This document shows, in pieces, positions 50,286 to 63,689 of a DNA stretch of 64,000 nt. The DNA is from Chiloscyllium plagiosum. Its lineage: Eukaryota. The DNA lies in the NCBI RefSeq assembly GCF_004010195.1, contig NC_057755.1, positions 6,307,474 to 6,371,473 of the forward strand, written 5' to 3'. The position numbers were made by a program, and so were the translations under genes. Each line of letters starts with the position of its first letter. Positions within the stretch are counted from its first letter, which is position 1. A model generated the notes under the pieces. The model was given only the letters and a program-made list of their open reading frames with translations. It was not told the origin of the DNA and made no database searches.

Positions 50286-52819
50286 TTTATATTTAAAGTA
50301 ATTTTTTGTTGTTTTTTTTGTCCAAATACTATTTTTGAACTCACTATTCAATTGAGTTTTCACAATTTTTCCAGGCCTCACAATAGCTTATTGCGCGTGA
50401 ATAATTATCAGAATTGCTTTCACAATTGTTTTCTGTGAGCGCCTTCTGCTATAGACACTGCTGCTAATGAAATCCGATGCTTTTTCGCCATTTACTTTCT
50501 TTGAACACTTCATGTTTTGTTGATTTTTTAAAAAAAATGATCTGCACTTTTTCTGTGAAATGCAACATCTCCATTTCCTGTCCTAAACTGAAGTCTTCTT
50601 TTGCACCATGCCAGTAAACCCATTAACTTCTTTGGCTAGTATCTAATATACAAACTCAGATTGTCACAGAGTTACACAAATTGGGCTCAAGTTGATTTAT
50701 CAAAAGTTAGCACAACACATTTTATTTATTTACTGTGTACCTCCACTCATAAAGGTGCATTACAATCAACTCACCAACGTCTCCTGGTTTCTCACAAGAG
50801 AAGTATTTCTCTCTCATATCCATATGTATGAATAAACAATTCCAAAATTAATTTGTCCTAATCTGACTTTAACTGTGGGTTAATTTGTTAAGCAAGTTTT
50901 GTTTAAAATGGCATCTCGTGAACAGGTACTCTAGATAGACTGGCAAAAATTATATATCTCAAAACTCTTGAATTTACTGTTTAATCATGTTGTACCCGTC
51001 GGGTGTAAGTGAGAAGTCTCTGCGCAATAGCTTCTTCCAAAGGCAAAGTTGCGTTATTATTAAAGTGATTTATGCTATAAATAAAGTTTAAGCAGCGATG
51101 ATTTATGCTCCACGCATTACATTCCTATTACTAGTGTGTATTTTATAAATGATTATATTGACATCTGGATCAACTGGTATATTTGATCAAACGGAATTTT
51201 TGCTGAATTACAGCATACCAGGTCCCGCATGTGCCAGATAATAAAAAAAGCTTGCTGTGCATATTCTTTCATGGTAGTTACTGCATCGTGGATTTCAGGG
51301 TTTGAGTTAGTAACTACTGGACTTCTCTATGTGTCTGAGGTAAATGATTAACAAGTATGTGTTTCTGTAAGCATGGTGGTTTCTTTTGAAAAGTATTTTG
51401 AAGCCTGCCTCGAGAGTGAATGGGTTCCGATAAAATAATGCCCTGATGCTAACTTAAGATTGTTTATGACCCAGCACAGGACCCAAAGTTTTGCTGGAGA
51501 GGTCTGAAAATGGATTGGTTTTCAGTTTACTGAGGGATCCTTGGTTAATTCAAATAAATCTTTAGTTCGAATATTGAAATTCTAATCGTTTTCATTTTCA
51601 GTCCTGTGAAAGTGTTCAATCAAGATAGAAGTACTAAGGAGTTCGCCAAAAAACATAAGGTCAGAGTGAGTGAGCTTCTTCGATGGATGCAATAGAACCA
51701 AGCACTCGTAGAAAGAAATGAAGTCACCTTTGACTCTCTGGGACTGACGAAGATGAAGTATTGTTTTTCAGTCAGATGGAAAAGCAAAACCACGGTTATT
51801 AAAAGTAAGAGTGGTGAGGTTGACGTACCTGAAAGCTTCAGGAAGACACTGTCGCAGCTTCTAGTTTGAAATCTGAAGTCTCAAGTGTCGATAAAAACAC
51901 CGAGGTGTCGATTACACTGGCACTGGTCTGTGTATTAAAGAAGTCATGTTTGTATGCTTTACAAAAAGTAGAGTTTAGTATTATATACGAGAAAGAACTG
52001 GGTGCGATGCAAATGCTGTGTGTATTTGCTTTTACTTGACAAAGGAGCTTTCTAAAATTAATATTGTTGGGAAATTCCTTTAAAAAAACTTAATTATTCT
52101 TCTTTTTACTGTACAGCGTTAGACTTCATTGAACTGCTAGTCCTGCAGTAATTGACATTCCAAATGTCGAGCACATAAAGCATAATGGGGGATATCACAA
52201 GAGTGACAGAAGTCATGGTGCCTCCTTCAACATCAGCAATCTATCTGGTGCCAGTGTGTTTTGGGGGAAAATAAGAAACATTTTGATCTTCGAAAGAGTG
52301 CTGAACAATCCTCTGATGATGGTAGGAGAGGGAAAAATGGATACCCTGATATCAAGAATGATTTCCAATTGTCACTGGCTGAGACGTTTTCGACGGATGG
52401 CTGACGCAGCATTGATCCAAGACTTAAAAATATGAAATTTTACCGTTGAGAGGCGGGCAGTGAGAGAGGGCGAGGTTCCAGGGAATGAACCCATCTTCTT
52501 CTTTGATGAAGACCTGCAGATGTCTGACGACAGACCGAGGAAAGAAACTCAATTTGTTCCTAACATAGAGCTACAAAGCTTTGGACAAAGCAACAGAAAA
52601 TGATGTCAGCTTGGTTCTTTTGACTGGGGCAGAGTTGAAGTGTCGAAACGCCTCCTTTCTGTGATGTTGATCTCTAAGGTCCAAAGATTCAAAGCATCAC
52701 ACTATCAATATAAAGCTGTCACTTCTGATTCTCCAAACTACCAAAGAGCTTTTTGGTCATTCAATCATCATGGTCGCAGCTCGTATAATTCCTGTGTTTG
52801 TCTAATTAACTAGGATATT

Positions 52820-53800
52820 CATAAAACTGTAAGATATTGGTGCAGAATTAGGCTATTGCGCCCATCCTGTCTGCTCGACCACTTGATCATAGCCGATCAT
52901 TTTCCTGCTTTCTCCCCTTGACCTTTGATCGCCTTCCTGATCACGAACTGATATATCTTTGCCTTGAATATACACAATGTCCTACCCACGACAGACTTCT
53001 GTGACAATAAATTCCAAAGATTCACTACCCTCTGGCTGAAGAACTTCCTCTTCATGTTAGTTCTAAATCGTCGTCTCTTTATCCTAATGCTGCGCCCTCG
53101 GATCCTCGTCTCTCCTATTGTTGCAAACATCTTCCCCAGTCTCACTGTATCCAGGTATCTCAGTATTCTGCAAGTTACAATGAGATCCCCCCTCACATTT
53201 CTAACCTGTCTCTTCTACTGATCCAGAGTTCTCAGTGTCTCCTGATATGATAAGCTCTTCATCCCCAGAATCGTTCTTTGAAACCTCCAACTATCCCTTC
53301 AAACTCAACATATCTTCCCTTAAATACAAGGCCCAAAACTGATCATATATTTCAAAAGCAGTCTGACGGGATTCGTATGCAGCCAAAACATTATATCTCT
53401 GGTGTTATATCTTGGCCGTCTTGAAATGAATCCTAACTGCCAACTGGACCTGCTTGTTAGTATTAATGGAATCATGAATTAGGACTCACAAGTCCCATTA
53501 TACATTATATTTCCGAAGCCCTTTCCCATTTAGAAAATAGCCTTTGCCTTTATTACTCCTTCTGAAGTGTATGGTCTCACACTTTCCTACAGTAGAAGCC
53601 ATCTGCTACTTTTTATGCCCAGTGTCCTAATCTGTCCAAGTCGCTTTGCAGCCGCCCCACCTCTTCAACGCCACTGATCACTTCACGTATCTTTGTGCCA
53701 TCTGCAAACTTTGCATGTACTTTCAGTTCTTTTGTCCTAATCGTTAATACATTGAATCCAAAGTGGTGCTTTTAACAACCTGAGTAACCTATCAGAAACC
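52820..53800 (-). mobile_element. Old CR1 3' relic
   Basis: MRGDLIVTCRIL..FFSQRVVNLWN fragment. Confidence 0.82.
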
Positions 53801-53984
53801 TTCCTCAAGTACCTATGTTCGAAATTGTTATTGCCCACTTCCAAAGCCAATATGGGTTTCTACTTTGACTGCCGTTTGTAATCTTTCAGTTTGCATTGTT
53901 AGTAGATAAATGGTATGACTCTATTTTATCTTACATTATTTTGCAATGAATATCAGTTTTGTTGTTGAAGCAGAATCTGAAGCG

Positions 53985-54770
53985 TTGTGGCTCACTGATT
54001 AACACTACTGCCTCACAATACCAAACAGCTGCATTCGCTCCCAGCGTTTGCATGACTGTCTTTGTGGAGTTTGCACATTTTTCCTGCCTCCGTATGGTTC
54101 ATTTGGGGGCTTCTGATTTCCCCCATATTTAAAGTTGCACAGGTTTAGTGATTGGTCATGGTTCGTGCAGGATCATAGGGATACGCTGAATTTCCGTGGG
54201 ATGCTCACTGGAGGTTTGATGCAGACTCGGATGCTGCCTGAACTGCTGTGCTCTTCCAGCACCACTAATCCAGAATCCAGTTTCCAGCATCTGCAGTCAT
54301 TGTTTTTACCTCAATGGCCAAACAGCCTTTTTCAAAATTTAGAGACGTTATGATTCAATTTTTATTATTAAACAAGAGACCACGTTGTAAAAACATATCA
54401 TATAAAGTTGTAATCTTTCAAGCCAGTTTCATGTCTTGTCCAAAGATAATACAGGTTAAATTCTCTACAGTGTGGAAACAGGCTATTCGGCCCTGCAAGT
54501 CTACACTGACCGCCGAAGAGTAACCCACCCAGGCCCACTCTCCTACATTTATCCGTAAATGGCACACCTAATGATATGGGTAATTTTAACACGGTCATTA
54601 ACCTGTACATCTTTGGATTTCGGGAGGAAACTGCAGCACCCATAGAAAACTCACGAAAATAAGAGGAGAATGTGCAACTCCGCACAGACGGTCACCTGAG
54701 CTGGGAATTTAACCCGAGTCTCTGGTGCTGTGAGGCAACAGTGCTCACCACTGAGGAATCGTGTCATCCT
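53985..54770. mobile_element. Two HE1/V-SINE-like copies (plus about 53985-54225, minus about 54455-54770) with a Penelope-like terminal fragment at about 54228-54310
   Basis: gtggagtttgcacat core in both orientations, and cggatgctgcctgaactgctgtgctcttccagcaccac. Confidence 0.75.
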
Positions 54771-55012
54771 GGCACAAGCATGTTCTGAGATCATACAGGA
54801 CCAAGATTCGTCATTCCTGTCTCGTGGCTCATAGACAGAGCAATTGCCCTTCTGGTCATTTAGCATATTATGCAGTTGACAGCAGTCAGAAAACATTGCA
54901 ATCATGCCAAGTGAACAAGCGTTTAAGGCATTAAGGAAATCATCCTGCGATTATTGACCCAATACTAGTTAAATACACACATCTACGCATCCAAGTCCTA
55001 ATTAAGGAATAA

Positions 55013-55768
55013 AAAGCTATTTACCTTATTTCTTAGACACAAAATAAAAGTCCATAATTTGCTAATTATCCCTGAGTATGTTTAAATGTATTTTTGGATC
55101 GAGAGTTTTAGAGGAGGCAATGATTGTATCATTGCATAATCAAGAGATTAGTCCAGACAGGCCTGTGAATAATCCAGAGGTCTGATTTCAAATCCCAGTA
55201 TGACAAATGGTGGAATTTTAAAATCATTTTTTTTTTAAATCCCAACCATTCTTGATTGGGGAATAATTCCCTAGTTTCCGTGCTTACCTTGTTTGTCCTA
55301 ATTGTGACTCCAGATCCACAACGATATGGTTGACTCTTAACCGATGTCTGAGGAAATTAACAACGAAAATTAAATGTTTGTCAATAAATAAAGCTATTTA
55401 CCTTATTTCTTAAAGACACAAAATAAAAGTCCATAATTTGCTAATTATCCCTGAGTATGTGTAAATGTATTTTTGGATCGAGAGTTTTAGAGGAGGCAAT
55501 GATTGTATTATTGCATAATCAAGAGAAGATTAGTCCAGACACCCTGTGATTAATCCAGAGGTCTGATTTCAAATCCCAGTATGACAAATGGTGGAATTTT
55601 AAAATCATATTTTTTAAATCCCAACCATTCTTGATTGGGGAATAATTCCCTAGTTTCCGTGCTTACCTTGTTTGTCCTAATTGTGACTCCAGATCCACAA
55701 CGATATGGTTGACTCTTAACCGATGTCTGAGGAAATTAACAACGAAAATTAAATGTTTGTCAATAAAT
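55013..55768. repeat. Near-identical tandem duplication, 377 bp and 379 bp
   Basis: 55013-55389 versus 55390-55768 differ by a few small indels and substitutions. Each unit contains a SINE fragment. Confidence 0.95.
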
Positions 55769-55879
55769 GTTTGAATTTGACAGTGAAGCCCACATCCTGT
55801 GAATGACTAAGTAGCAACAAAAGGCCACCCTGCCTTCAGTCACAGTTGTGACATCCAGCGTTCACACATTCATTGACAT

Positions 55880-56200
55880 CTAGATTCATAGAATCCCTGA
55901 AGTCCAGAAAGAAGCAATTCAGCCCATCCATTCTGCATTGACCACCATAAGACCATTCCAACCACCCCATCCTCCCTCAAGTGAGTTTTACCATGGCTAA
56001 CAAACACATCCCTTGATATGTCACTGCAATTTACCATGGCCATCACACAAAACCTCCCACAAACTCTTTGAACAGGGGAGAAACCGCACACAGACATGCG
56101 AGAACATGAAAACTCCACACTGGTAGTCACCCAGGTCTGGAATCAAACCAGGATAACCAGCCCTGTGAGGCAGCACTAACAACCACTCTTCCACAGTGAC
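55880..56200 (-). mobile_element. HE1/V-SINE-like SINE
   Basis: aaactccacac core, ctgtgaggcagcactaac head and tail motifs. Confidence 0.7.
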
Positions 56201-56409
56201 TCTCTATTATTCTAAATCAAAATTTCCAAACCCTGTCTTTCGCAGTGGGACTTTAACCCAATTCTTTCCTTCTGTCCTCTGGCTACAAAATTATAAAATC
56301 CTACATTTTTCCAAAAATTCTCAACTCCAAAGACAAATCATATCAGATTCAAATCATTACTGGTTAATAAGTAAAGAGTCCAACGGATGCCGGACATATA
56401 TCCAAAATT

Positions 56410-59380
56410 AACTGAGTGTCAGGAATCCGAGGGCAATAGGTGAATGGTACTCCATTACTGGAAGCCTTGTGTCCATGATTTTGCAGAGTTAGGTTTCGGT
56501 TCTTTGTCATTTGTTCGGTATGCATGTAGAAGGTTTGATCAGTAAAGTCACAAATGATACACAAATTGGTGACGTGGCAGATGGCCATAAACAAAATTAA
56601 ACCAGAATAGTGATAGCTGACACATTTTGGAAGAACTAACAAAGTAAGGAAGTGCACACTGAATGGAGTCAGCTCAGGAAGCCGACAGGATCGGGCAGAC
56701 CTTGGTGTACAAGCCTACGGACACTTGAAAGATATCATACAAGTTAGAAACGTGGTTCAGAAGGCATTTCGGACATTTATCTTTCTCAATCAAGGCACTG
56801 ATTACAAGTGCACGTTGAATTATGATGGTAGCTGTGCATAGCACTATTTTGGTCACTGTTGGAGTAGTGTGTGCAGTTCTGCTCACCGCCCATGATGTTA
56901 TTTCGAACATAACGCCCAATTAAACAAATTTCTTCTGCCTTCCCTTGGTCAATTTCCCTCCATTCATTGCATATTCATGATCCTATCTAAAATTGCTTTA
57001 AATGCCATTTATCCTATCTGCCTCCACGGTGTTCCACACTCCTGCCACTCTTTGTGAAAAAGCTTTCCTCCACCTGTCCTTTGAAATTTCCCCCCACCCC
57101 TAAAATGCATCCCCCTAATTTCAGGTACTTTAACTCTGGGCGAAAAAAAGAGTTCTGATGGACAACTCTATCTATGCATCTCCAACATATATAGATAATA
57201 ATCAAGTCTCCCCTCAGCGTCCGCTACTCCCAGGAAAGCAATCCGACTTTTCCTAGTCTCTCCTTAGTTCATATCCATCAATCCAGACAGAATCCTGATA
57301 AAGTTTCCTGCACGGTCTCTAAAACCTCCACATTCTTCCTGTAATATAGTGAACAGAACATGGCGTGACCTGACCAAAGCCTTGTAAAACTATGAAATGA
57401 CATCCCGACTCTCGTACTCAATGCCCCAACCAATAAAGGGAACCATGATTTATGTATCGTCTTAAAACTTACTGACCCACCTATTGATGTTTCCATCTAA
57501 GTTATATATAGCCAGGAGAGGTCTCAGTACTGATACCTGTACAACACTATGACTCACGGACCTCCAGCCTGAATAGACCCTTGCACTACTAACCTCTGTC
57601 TTCTATGGGCAATCTAATTATGAAGCCACGTGGCCAAGTCACGATGGGTCCCATGCATCTTATTCGTTTGGGCGTGTCTGAAATGAGAGACCTTGTTGAA
57701 AACCTTACTAGTATACATGTAAACAGCATTTACTGCGCTATCCTCATCGCTCACTTTCATCACCTCCTTGAAAGATTCAATTATAATTTGGAGGAGCCAG
57801 TGTTCAATAGGGGTGAACAAAATTAAAAATTATACAACACCAGATTATAACCCAACCGGTTTTTTTGGAGGCACTAGGTTTTGAGGTCCTGCTTGTTTAC
57901 CAGGCGATTGTGAAGCAGGATCAAAAGACACAGAATTTGTCGCAAAAAATTACCGTGTCGTGCAGTTGAATTGCTCTATTGAACAAATTTAGATGAAGTA
58001 TTTCATCTTTTAGAGTGGGATTGGTCGTTTCGGTTCTTTAATATGTAAATCTCAGAACTTCTTTTAAGTCACATTCTCAAGATAGCTTAAGATGCTGTAA
58101 GGAAGGGTGCCATCTCAGCTCAGACAATGCAATAAATATGTGAGGTTAAATTCTGTCTGCATCCCAATTTTGAGTCAGACTGGTTCCATTTCTGAAGTGG
58201 AATTTACAAGACATTACATGCTGCATGACACTGTAATCATTTGCTATAAATTCTGTGTCTTATAATCCAGCTTTATAACCACATGATGAAGAAGCAGCGC
58301 TTCGAAATCTAGTGCCTCTAAATAAACCTGTTGGACTAAAACCTGGTGTTGTGTGATTTTTAACTCAATCAAGTTAGTAGGACATTACGTTGCCTGCACA
58401 AAGCCATAGTGACATACTTAATTTGGTCATGCTTTTTCAAATGAATGTAAATTTTATCCCTAAGAATTCTCTCCGAACGTCTCTGAACCACTGATGGGAG
58501 ATTCACTGGTCTATATTTTCCTGGATTATCCCTATCTCCTTTTTTGAACAGAGGACCTGAATTAGCTGCTCACCTGTCCTCTACTGGATAATGAGGATAC
58601 ATAGATCTTCGTCACGGCCTGAACAAATCTCCTTGTTTGGGTGTCTGAATAACCGGGAGTAGATACCAGTGTGTCCCGATGATTTATCCACCTTATCCAC
58701 CTCAAGAGACACAATACCGTTTCTTTCTTGACTTCAATATACGGTAGCATATTAGCATGCTCCACACAAATCTCACTATCCTCAATTTCCTTCTCCTGGG
58801 TGAGGACTGAGGAAAGCTATTCACTTAGGATGTCGAAAACATTCTCTGCCTCCAAAATTCCACCCTTTATCCTTGGGTACCTTCTCCCTCGTTATCCTCT
58901 TATTTTTAATGTCTGTATAGAATGTGTTAGGCTTCTCTTTACTCCTGCCAGCAAAGTCACTTCATAGTCCTTTGTTGCTCTCACTAATTCCTTGCTTGAT
59001 TCTTTGCTGCTGTCCTTATATTCCACACGTGTCTTGTCCAACTGCAGCTTCCTAAAGCTTTTGACTGAATTCATAGCTTCGCTGATTATGCAAGAGACCC
59101 TTACCTTGCCATATTTGTCCTTCCTCCTTAATGGAACATGGCTGCCCTGAACTCTCATCAATAGATCTTTAAACAATTCCCACGTGCTTTATCCGAACTT
59201 ATCTAGTCACATTGCTCCAAATTAACACTCACCAACTGCTGTCTAATACTGACATAATCTGCCCTCTCCCAATTTGTTACTTTTCCACAAAGTCCTGAAT
59301 TGTTCTTATTCATAACTACCTTAAAACTGAAGTAGGTATGATCTTTATTTCCAAAACACTCTCCCAAAATACATATGAGT
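56410..59380. mobile_element. Old CR1 relics (plus about 56410-56900, minus about 56900-59380)
   Basis: AVYMYTSKVFNKVSH and VPLRRKDKYGK fragments; heavily degraded. Confidence 0.7.
57782..58345. mobile_element. Penelope-like non-autonomous insertion with inverted termini, inside a CR1
   Basis: 57822-57915 is an imperfect reverse complement of about 58270-58345 (cctggtgttgtgtgatttttaa versus ttaaaaattatacaacaccag). The CR1 sequence resumes on both sides. A hammerhead-like motif lies at 58280-58314. Confidence 0.72.
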
Positions 59381-60456
59381 AGACTGATGAAAAGATAAAG
59401 TCTTAGCAGATTATATAGCTGCCTTTTCATGAGACAGACAGAGAGAAAGAGAGAGAGAGAAAGACAGGGAGAGTGAGAAATAGAGAAATGACTGGTGGTG
59501 GTTTAATCTGAGGGTCATTACGCCTTAGGCAATGGGAGAAGTTGAGAAGGAGAGTCTTTCGTTGGTAACCTCAGCTGCTGCAGGACATGGGTCCTGACTG
59601 TTGGCAGCACTGTGCATTTCAAACTAGCTAACCAAGGTAACCAATTCCTCCTGTGATTAAACTAGAGACGGAGTGCAAAAGAAATTAATCCACATGTTGC
59701 CTGTGCTGGAGAGATTCACCTTTGAAAAGAGACTCAATAGTCTGTGGGTGCTTTCGTTAAAGAAGTGAAGGCTGTGATGATAACTTATTGAATTTCTGAG
59801 GGGCAAGGATCAAACAGTTTTAGAGAGGCCTCTCCCCTCAGTGGAGATGTCGATAGTCAGGAACAGACCAGGGCACTGTACCATAGAATCTCTATAAATT
59901 TATGAGCCCAATCGGCTTCCTCCAGAAGGCCCCAGTAACAAATCCAAACATCCATAGCCGCTCCAATGATGACCTTCCTTCCATCATTCGTACGAATATT
60001 AGCTGTTGATTGCATATTGTCCCGCACAGTTCGCTACTCTTCTGAATCCGAAGTATGCAAATGTAGAACAATGAAGACAGCTTGTGCAGTCTGGTGGTTG
60101 GTAACATTTTGCACTGCACAAGTGCTTGGCAATGAAACGATCGAACAAGAAATTATCTAACCGTCTTCCATTGACATTCAACAAACCTAAAACATGAAGG
60201 AGCAAAGTTAGGCCATTCCACCTGTTGAACATACTAAAGATCTTCTTGCGTGCATACCCACTAACAGTACCACACTTACTTTTTGTTTGTATTGCAGATG
60301 CCCTTTTCTTCTGCGTCTTCTGCCAAAAATTCAGTTTTTCCATCATTAACTCACAAAAGGCTTGTTTCTCTTCACATTTCCCCAGTCCATCCAGATCTTC
60401 CGAAACTGTTGGCACCTTCTCCATTAAAAACTCAATTTTCAGCCTATAGATGTCAG

Positions 60457-60496
60457 AGGTAAGCACTTACCTGCAAATACAGGTAAGTGCTTACCT
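60457..60496. repeat. Perfect 17-bp inverted repeat with a 6-nt loop
   Basis: aggtaagcacttacctg-caaata-caggtaagtgcttacct. Confidence 0.95.
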
Positions 60497-60574
60497 GTTT
60501 TTGCATTATTTTCATTCCTTTCCCTGAGTTCCAAAAATAGTCATTACCAATCTGTCTGCTGCTTTTTAAAATTC

Positions 60575-61060
60575 AGAGTCATAGACAACAGAAGAGGTCA
60601 TTCAACTCATTAATCCTTCACCGACTTATTTACACTAATCCAACTTTCCTGCACTCAGCTCAAACTTTTATGTGTTATGACAATTCAAGTGCTCATCTTC
60701 GTACTTTCCCAACACTTTCAGGTTTCCTGCTCTTTCTGCACTTCCAGATAGTGCAATCCAGATTCCAACACTTGCAGGAGGAAAGTATTCTTCAAATCTC
60801 TTTTGAAGCTTCTTCACTTCATTTTAAAAACATAACCTCCCGCTCCCACCACACTCCCCTCCCCCCACAATTATTGACTATTCAACCAAGGGAAGAAAAG
60901 TTATTTTATCCACACTGTTCCTGTCCTACATAATCTTATCCAACTAACCTTTTCTGCTATGAAGAAAATAAACTGAACTTATCCAGCCTCTATTCATCGC
61001 TGAAATTCTCCACCCCAGGAAACACCTTGGCCAATCTCCTCTGCACCCCTTCCGACACAA
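60575..61060 (-). mobile_element. Old CR1 3' relic (further degraded relics at about 59660-59870 and 62700-63200)
   Basis: aatctcctctgcacccct and agagtcataga tail-like motifs. Confidence 0.6.
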
Positions 61061-63689
61061 CTACAACAAAGCAATCTTTTCTCATCAACTATACAAATCA
61101 AACTTTACTCTTTCTGTCTTCCTATTTTATTATCCTTCCTCTATAATATGCTGAAATTTTGTCTCTGTCACTTAATTAATTCCAGGTTGGTTATTTCATT
61201 CTCCTTCTGCCACCAGATCTACCATTTTCTTTCTGTGATTGGGGATGACATTCGCTTTTATAAATCTTTCAAATCAGTCTAAGGATCCATTTTTTTATTG
61301 TGACATGGCCTAATTGATTCAAAACCTGCAAAACTTCAAATCATGGTCGGTTCTCTGAAAAAAGCACGATATTGGGGTTTCTTTTTACAGCAAAAAAACT
61401 ACTGCAGCTGCCTTTCTGCGAGTAGGTCTCTGGGCATCCTGTGTCGACTCGTCATATCACATCATTTGTTCAGTGAAAATTGTATGCTGTTGTGCTTCCG
61501 GCATTGCACAGTTTTGTGAGCGTACATCAGAAAAAAAGTTGGTGTTTGTGGTTTCTGTGCTATTTTGAGACTTAATGTAACCTCCCAGACATAATTCTTG
61601 TTCCAACATTTGCCAAACATCGTGTTATTTTTCAAGAAGATGCAAGGAATATTGTTATTTTTGACGACCTTATCGCAATTCTGTTCATGCACCTAATATA
61701 TGTGAAAACGTCCTCTCTCGTTGCTTGGGACTGGCAAGGTGAATGTAAAACTGTGAGCATATATGGTGTATTTGTGGTCATGCGAGGGGAATAGCCATCC
61801 AAACGACGAAATTGCACACGTTTGGAAATGGATACAAAGCTGCATGGAAACTACTGTCATTAAATAAATTTAAACCAAAGCTGTCTCTGTAATCTTCATT
61901 ACAATGAAAACACGCCATTAATTCTTGTGAAAACACATCTGAATCTTGAATGCCATTTAGGGAGGGTAAACTATTATTCTTACTTACGCAAATGTCTATT
62001 CAGCATTGTCTGGCTGATTTTAAAGGGGTCTGGAAAATACCCAATTCAAAGGCAAACGCACACAATAACACACACACACACGCACTAACAGATGCTCACC
62101 ACGCACAAGCAGTGTCCATGGACAGACAGCAAGCTTACGTTTCGAGTCTACCTCTCCAGCATTGTTTTCGCTTTGTAGAGTAGAGATTTGGCAGTTTTTG
62201 TTTTGCGTCTGAGTATTATTCAGACAATACCCAGAAGAGTGAGCTTGTTGATTATGTGCGTGTGTGCCTGTGTGTGTGTGTGAGACAGAAAGAGAGAGAG
62301 ATACAGACAGACAGAGAGAAGCAAGCAGGAATTTGTAAATGATTGGCACGATTCCTGTTTTGACTCTAATGTGCGCCCCTATTTGCAATGATCCCATTAC
62401 TCTTGTGCTTGGATTCAATTTGTAGTCCACAAGAGTATCTTTTCCTCTGTTTCTTCTTCCAATATGACAACTTTCGTTTTAACTTACATCTCCATGTGTT
62501 TGCGCATTTTATTGCTCTATCTAAGTCCTCGCACTTTCTGAAAATTTGAAGGTTCTTCAATCCGTAACCTTTTAATTACACTATGGAAACCCAATGCCTG
62601 AATAGGCACTGAAAGTAAGAAATGTAAAGGAACTAATTCTGATGTCTGTAAGGACCTACCACACCGTTTTCTCTGGTCAGAAAACCAGAGGTTTTCTGTA
62701 AATGTAGGGAGAGGCACCTCAAGCCTGCTGCACTATTCAATAAAATCATGACAAATACCACATTGATCACATCCACTTTCTTGCCCTTTCTCGAAAACCC
62801 ATGGTTCTCAAAATAATCAAAAAACGTTCTGTATCAGCCTTAAATATACACAATGTCGCTGCCCCAAAAGCTCTATGTGGCAAGGCGTTCCAGGACTCAC
62901 AACATTCTGAGACAAGAAATTCCTCCTCAACCCAGTCTTAAATTGGTGTCCTTTTACAAATCCATCAGGAAATCTTTTCACAATGTGACAGATATGTTCT
63001 CATTAGTCCCTCACATATTTACCCTAAGACTTCCCTGTTCTCATACAACAATCCCCTTTATATACGGGCCAACGTTGTATTAGCTTTCTTAATTACCTGC
63101 TGCATGCCACTTGTTAGCTTTCTGTCTTTCATGCACAGGTTCTGACAAGTCCCTCTAATTGACTGATTTCTGCAGCTTGTTCTCTATTTAAATTCTATGA
63201 TTTCAAAACCGATTCACTAAGGTCCCCGCACAGGATGACCATGTATCAATTGCTCCTTTAGAATTTTGAATTACAATTTAGAATTTATTGTCATATGTAC
63301 TTTTGCAAAAGGAAATACAATGTTTATCTGTTCACAATGAAATCCGCTTTGTGGAATCCAAAAAGCCTTTTGTCCACTGACCAATTTTCTTTTGCTAGAG
63401 TTTAAGACAACACACTACAATCTCCATTGTCGTTCTGTTTAGAACATGGGGTTTTTGAGGTAAAAACACTACAACTATACATTAAGAACCCTATTGGCTT
63501 CGGCTGTTGTCCTTTCATCTCTGCTCTTCGTTACTTCATTACAACATGAAGCTAATTTTTCAGATAATCTATCCCAGTTAGTCTTCTGTGCTGGCTGACT
63601 TCCATGTTTTCGCAAATAGAAATTGGTATTTCCCATCATAATACGCTATGATAGCTTTTCTAACCTTCGCATTAGTCTAATTTTGCTTT

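Noticed and set aside
52116..52610. Purine-rich, exon-like stretch after a good plus-strand acceptor (includes EVPGNEPIFFFDEDL)
   Set aside because: Multiple stops and no family I can recognise. It would need a blastx search to rescue.
59999..60466. 155-aa minus-strand ORF
   Set aside because: No recognisable domain or supporting exon structure; probably a chance ORF over degraded repeat sequence.
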